Both the position numbers and the translations under genes were made by a program. This document shows, piece by piece, positions 24,385 to 25,578 of a stretch of DNA of 25,578 bases (its first letter is position 1; each line of letters starts with the position of its first letter). The notes under the pieces were generated by a model. That model did no database searches. It was given only the letters and a program-made list of their open reading frames with translations, and was not told the DNA's origin. Source of the DNA: a virus (Duplodnaviria; Caudoviricetes). The stretch is taken from positions 1 through 25,578 of the IMG/VR virus record IMGVR_UViG_3300040985_002734. The stretch is one strand, 5' to 3'.

Positions 24385-25578
24385 ATGCCGAATCCAGAAA
24401 TTCCTCAGTATCGCGAATCAGTAAGCCTTTCCCCCCCGGGTGCAGTAAATACAGCATCTGGTGTTAGAGAAAGCCCTAGCTATGCTCAAGCTGGACTAAG
24501 TGTAGTTGACAAGTTTTTAAACAACGAGTTAGGCAATATAATGGGTGACCTAGGCGCAAAAGCTGGGGCTGCTCAAGGCAAAGATTTTAAGTCACTGCCC
24601 GAACTTACGCCGGAGATGGCAAAATATAATCAAGCTGCACTCCCGATAGCATCGCAAGCAGCTATGAATGGTATGCAGAATGACGCCGAAGGATACTATA
24701 GGCAGCTAATGGCTAATGGCCTGTCGCCTGATTCAAACATGATCTTTAAAGCGCAGATGCAAGCAAGTTTGACCAGCTTTACTGATTCAGTCGATCCAAA
24801 AATGGCGCCTAATCTTGCGAAAGCGGGCATGCAAATTGGTCAGTCGTACCTTAATCGTATAAATCAGCAAACCGCTGAGATGCAAAAAAATCAGGGTATA
24901 TTCAACTATCTGCATAATCAGGATCAAAACAGTTCTAGCTTAGGATCTGCAGCATTCGAAGCTGGCGCAGACGCCCGTGCTGACAAGCCTTTAACATCTG
25001 GTGGCAAAAATGTAGCACAGCTATATTCAAATGGTATCAACATGGCCAATTCATCCTGGGCGACAATGAATGTGTCACCTGTAGCAAAGGAGCAAATGCT
25101 AAAAAATTCCGCCTACTCAGTAATGAGCAATAGCTACATGGGCCAAACATCAGAAATTACAAAAAAAATTCTTGCAGACAGACAGCAGCACATATCCCCG
25201 GCTGTAGACTTCGCTAGACTAAATGCCTTGCACGATGACGTTATAACCAATCCGCAAAATAAGAAATTTGGGTTAAGCTCTGAGCAAAACCAAAGAATTC
25301 AGTCTCAAATTGCTAGTGCTCAAAAATCTCTTAAAACATCCTTAAACTTAACCTTGCCATCTGGGTCTAGAATGTCGAAAGAAATAATCGACAGAGTGTG
25401 GCAAGGAGGACCTTCTGCCTCTCAGTCCGAGCTAAGCACAATAATGGGGACAAGCAATGGTGAAGAATACTTAAATGATGTAGAAGCAAATAAACAAGCT
25501 TATGACTATGCTCAAGATATAATCAAAAACTCTAATCAAGGCGCTCGCAATGAAGCCATTAAATCTATAGGTTTGAAT
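24385..25578 (+). CDS. Internal virion/ejection protein, 3'-truncated (at least 398 aa; MPNPEIPQYRESVSLSPPGAV...), not in the ORF track
   Basis: I translated it by hand: no stop from ATG 24385 to the window end. SD GGGAG. A/Q/N-rich, in the gp15-like position. Confidence 0.75.
   Translation, partial: MPNPEIPQYRESVSLSPPGAVNTASGVRESPSYAQAGLSVVDKFLNNELGNIMGDLGAKAGAAQGKDFKSLPELTPEMAKYNQAALPIASQAAMNGMQNDAEGYYRQLMANGLSPDSNMIFKAQMQASLTSFTDSVDPKMAPNLAKAGMQIGQSYLNRINQQTAEMQKNQGIFNYLHNQDQNSSSLGSAAFEAGADARADKPLTSGGKNVAQLYSNGINMANSSWATMNVSPVAKEQMLKNSAYSVMSNSYMGQTSEITKKILADRQQHISPAVDFARLNALHDDVITNPQNKKFGLSSEQNQRIQSQIASAQKSLKTSLNLTLPSGSRMSKEIIDRVWQGGPSASQSELSTIMGTSNGEEYLNDVEANKQAYDYAQDIIKNSNQGARNEAIKSIGLN

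Larger units (their letters stand above)
25..25578. mobile_element. Tailed bacteriophage (podovirus-type, BPP-1/T7-like virion module with lambdoid-type replication/recombination genes), partial genome
   Basis: Portal, scaffold, capsid, tail tubular A/B, ejection proteins, tail fibre, terminase, lysin, RecT, O/P-like genes. No host housekeeping genes, tape measure or sheath. Confidence 0.95.

Noticed and set aside
24428-24440. Slippery or phase-variable tract TTTCCCCCCCGGG
   Set aside because: The gene is open as written and nothing suggests a useful alternative frame.
115-24467. Antisense or nested track ORFs (e.g. 3365..3706, 2331..2645, 7920..8198, 17320..17640, 19309..19566, 23983..24252, 24261..24467)
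   Set aside because: They are shadows of well-supported genes, with no SD or motif support that I could see.
25-25578. Gene transfer agent or phage satellite
   Set aside because: It encodes its own replication, recombination, full virion, packaging and lysis functions, as an autonomous phage does.

Overview
This is an almost entirely coding, near-complete genome fragment of a small tailed phage of podovirus type, with a BPP-1/T7-like virion module. Bases 1-24 are leftover Nextera adapter, not biology. Both window ends fall inside the ejection (internal virion) protein cassette, so the fragment looks like a circular map opened within that cassette. Rightward late module, 12.9-25.6 kb and probably continuing at 0-6.1 kb: VRR-NUC nuclease, TerS, basic protein, papain-like protein, small lipoprotein, portal, scaffold, SSB-like protein, major capsid, two paralogous head decoration/fibre genes plus a decayed third copy, tail tubular A and B, ejection proteins, tail fibre, lytic transglycosylase, putative holin, TerL. 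Early module, 6.1-12.8 kb: RecE-like exonuclease/RecT, an XRE-like regulator divergent from lambda O/P-like replication genes with an intragenic iteron origin, and an inverted array of small orphan genes with repeated start sequences. I saw no integrase, DNA/RNA polymerase, helicase, reverse transcriptase, tRNA or CRISPR array. Most notable: a switch-like structured leader before the capsid gene, separated TerS and TerL, an SSB-tail protein inside the head operon, the head-fibre paralog series, and the repeat-punctuated small-gene array with a probable ATT start. All protein calls come from motifs recognised by eye plus gene order; no searches were run.
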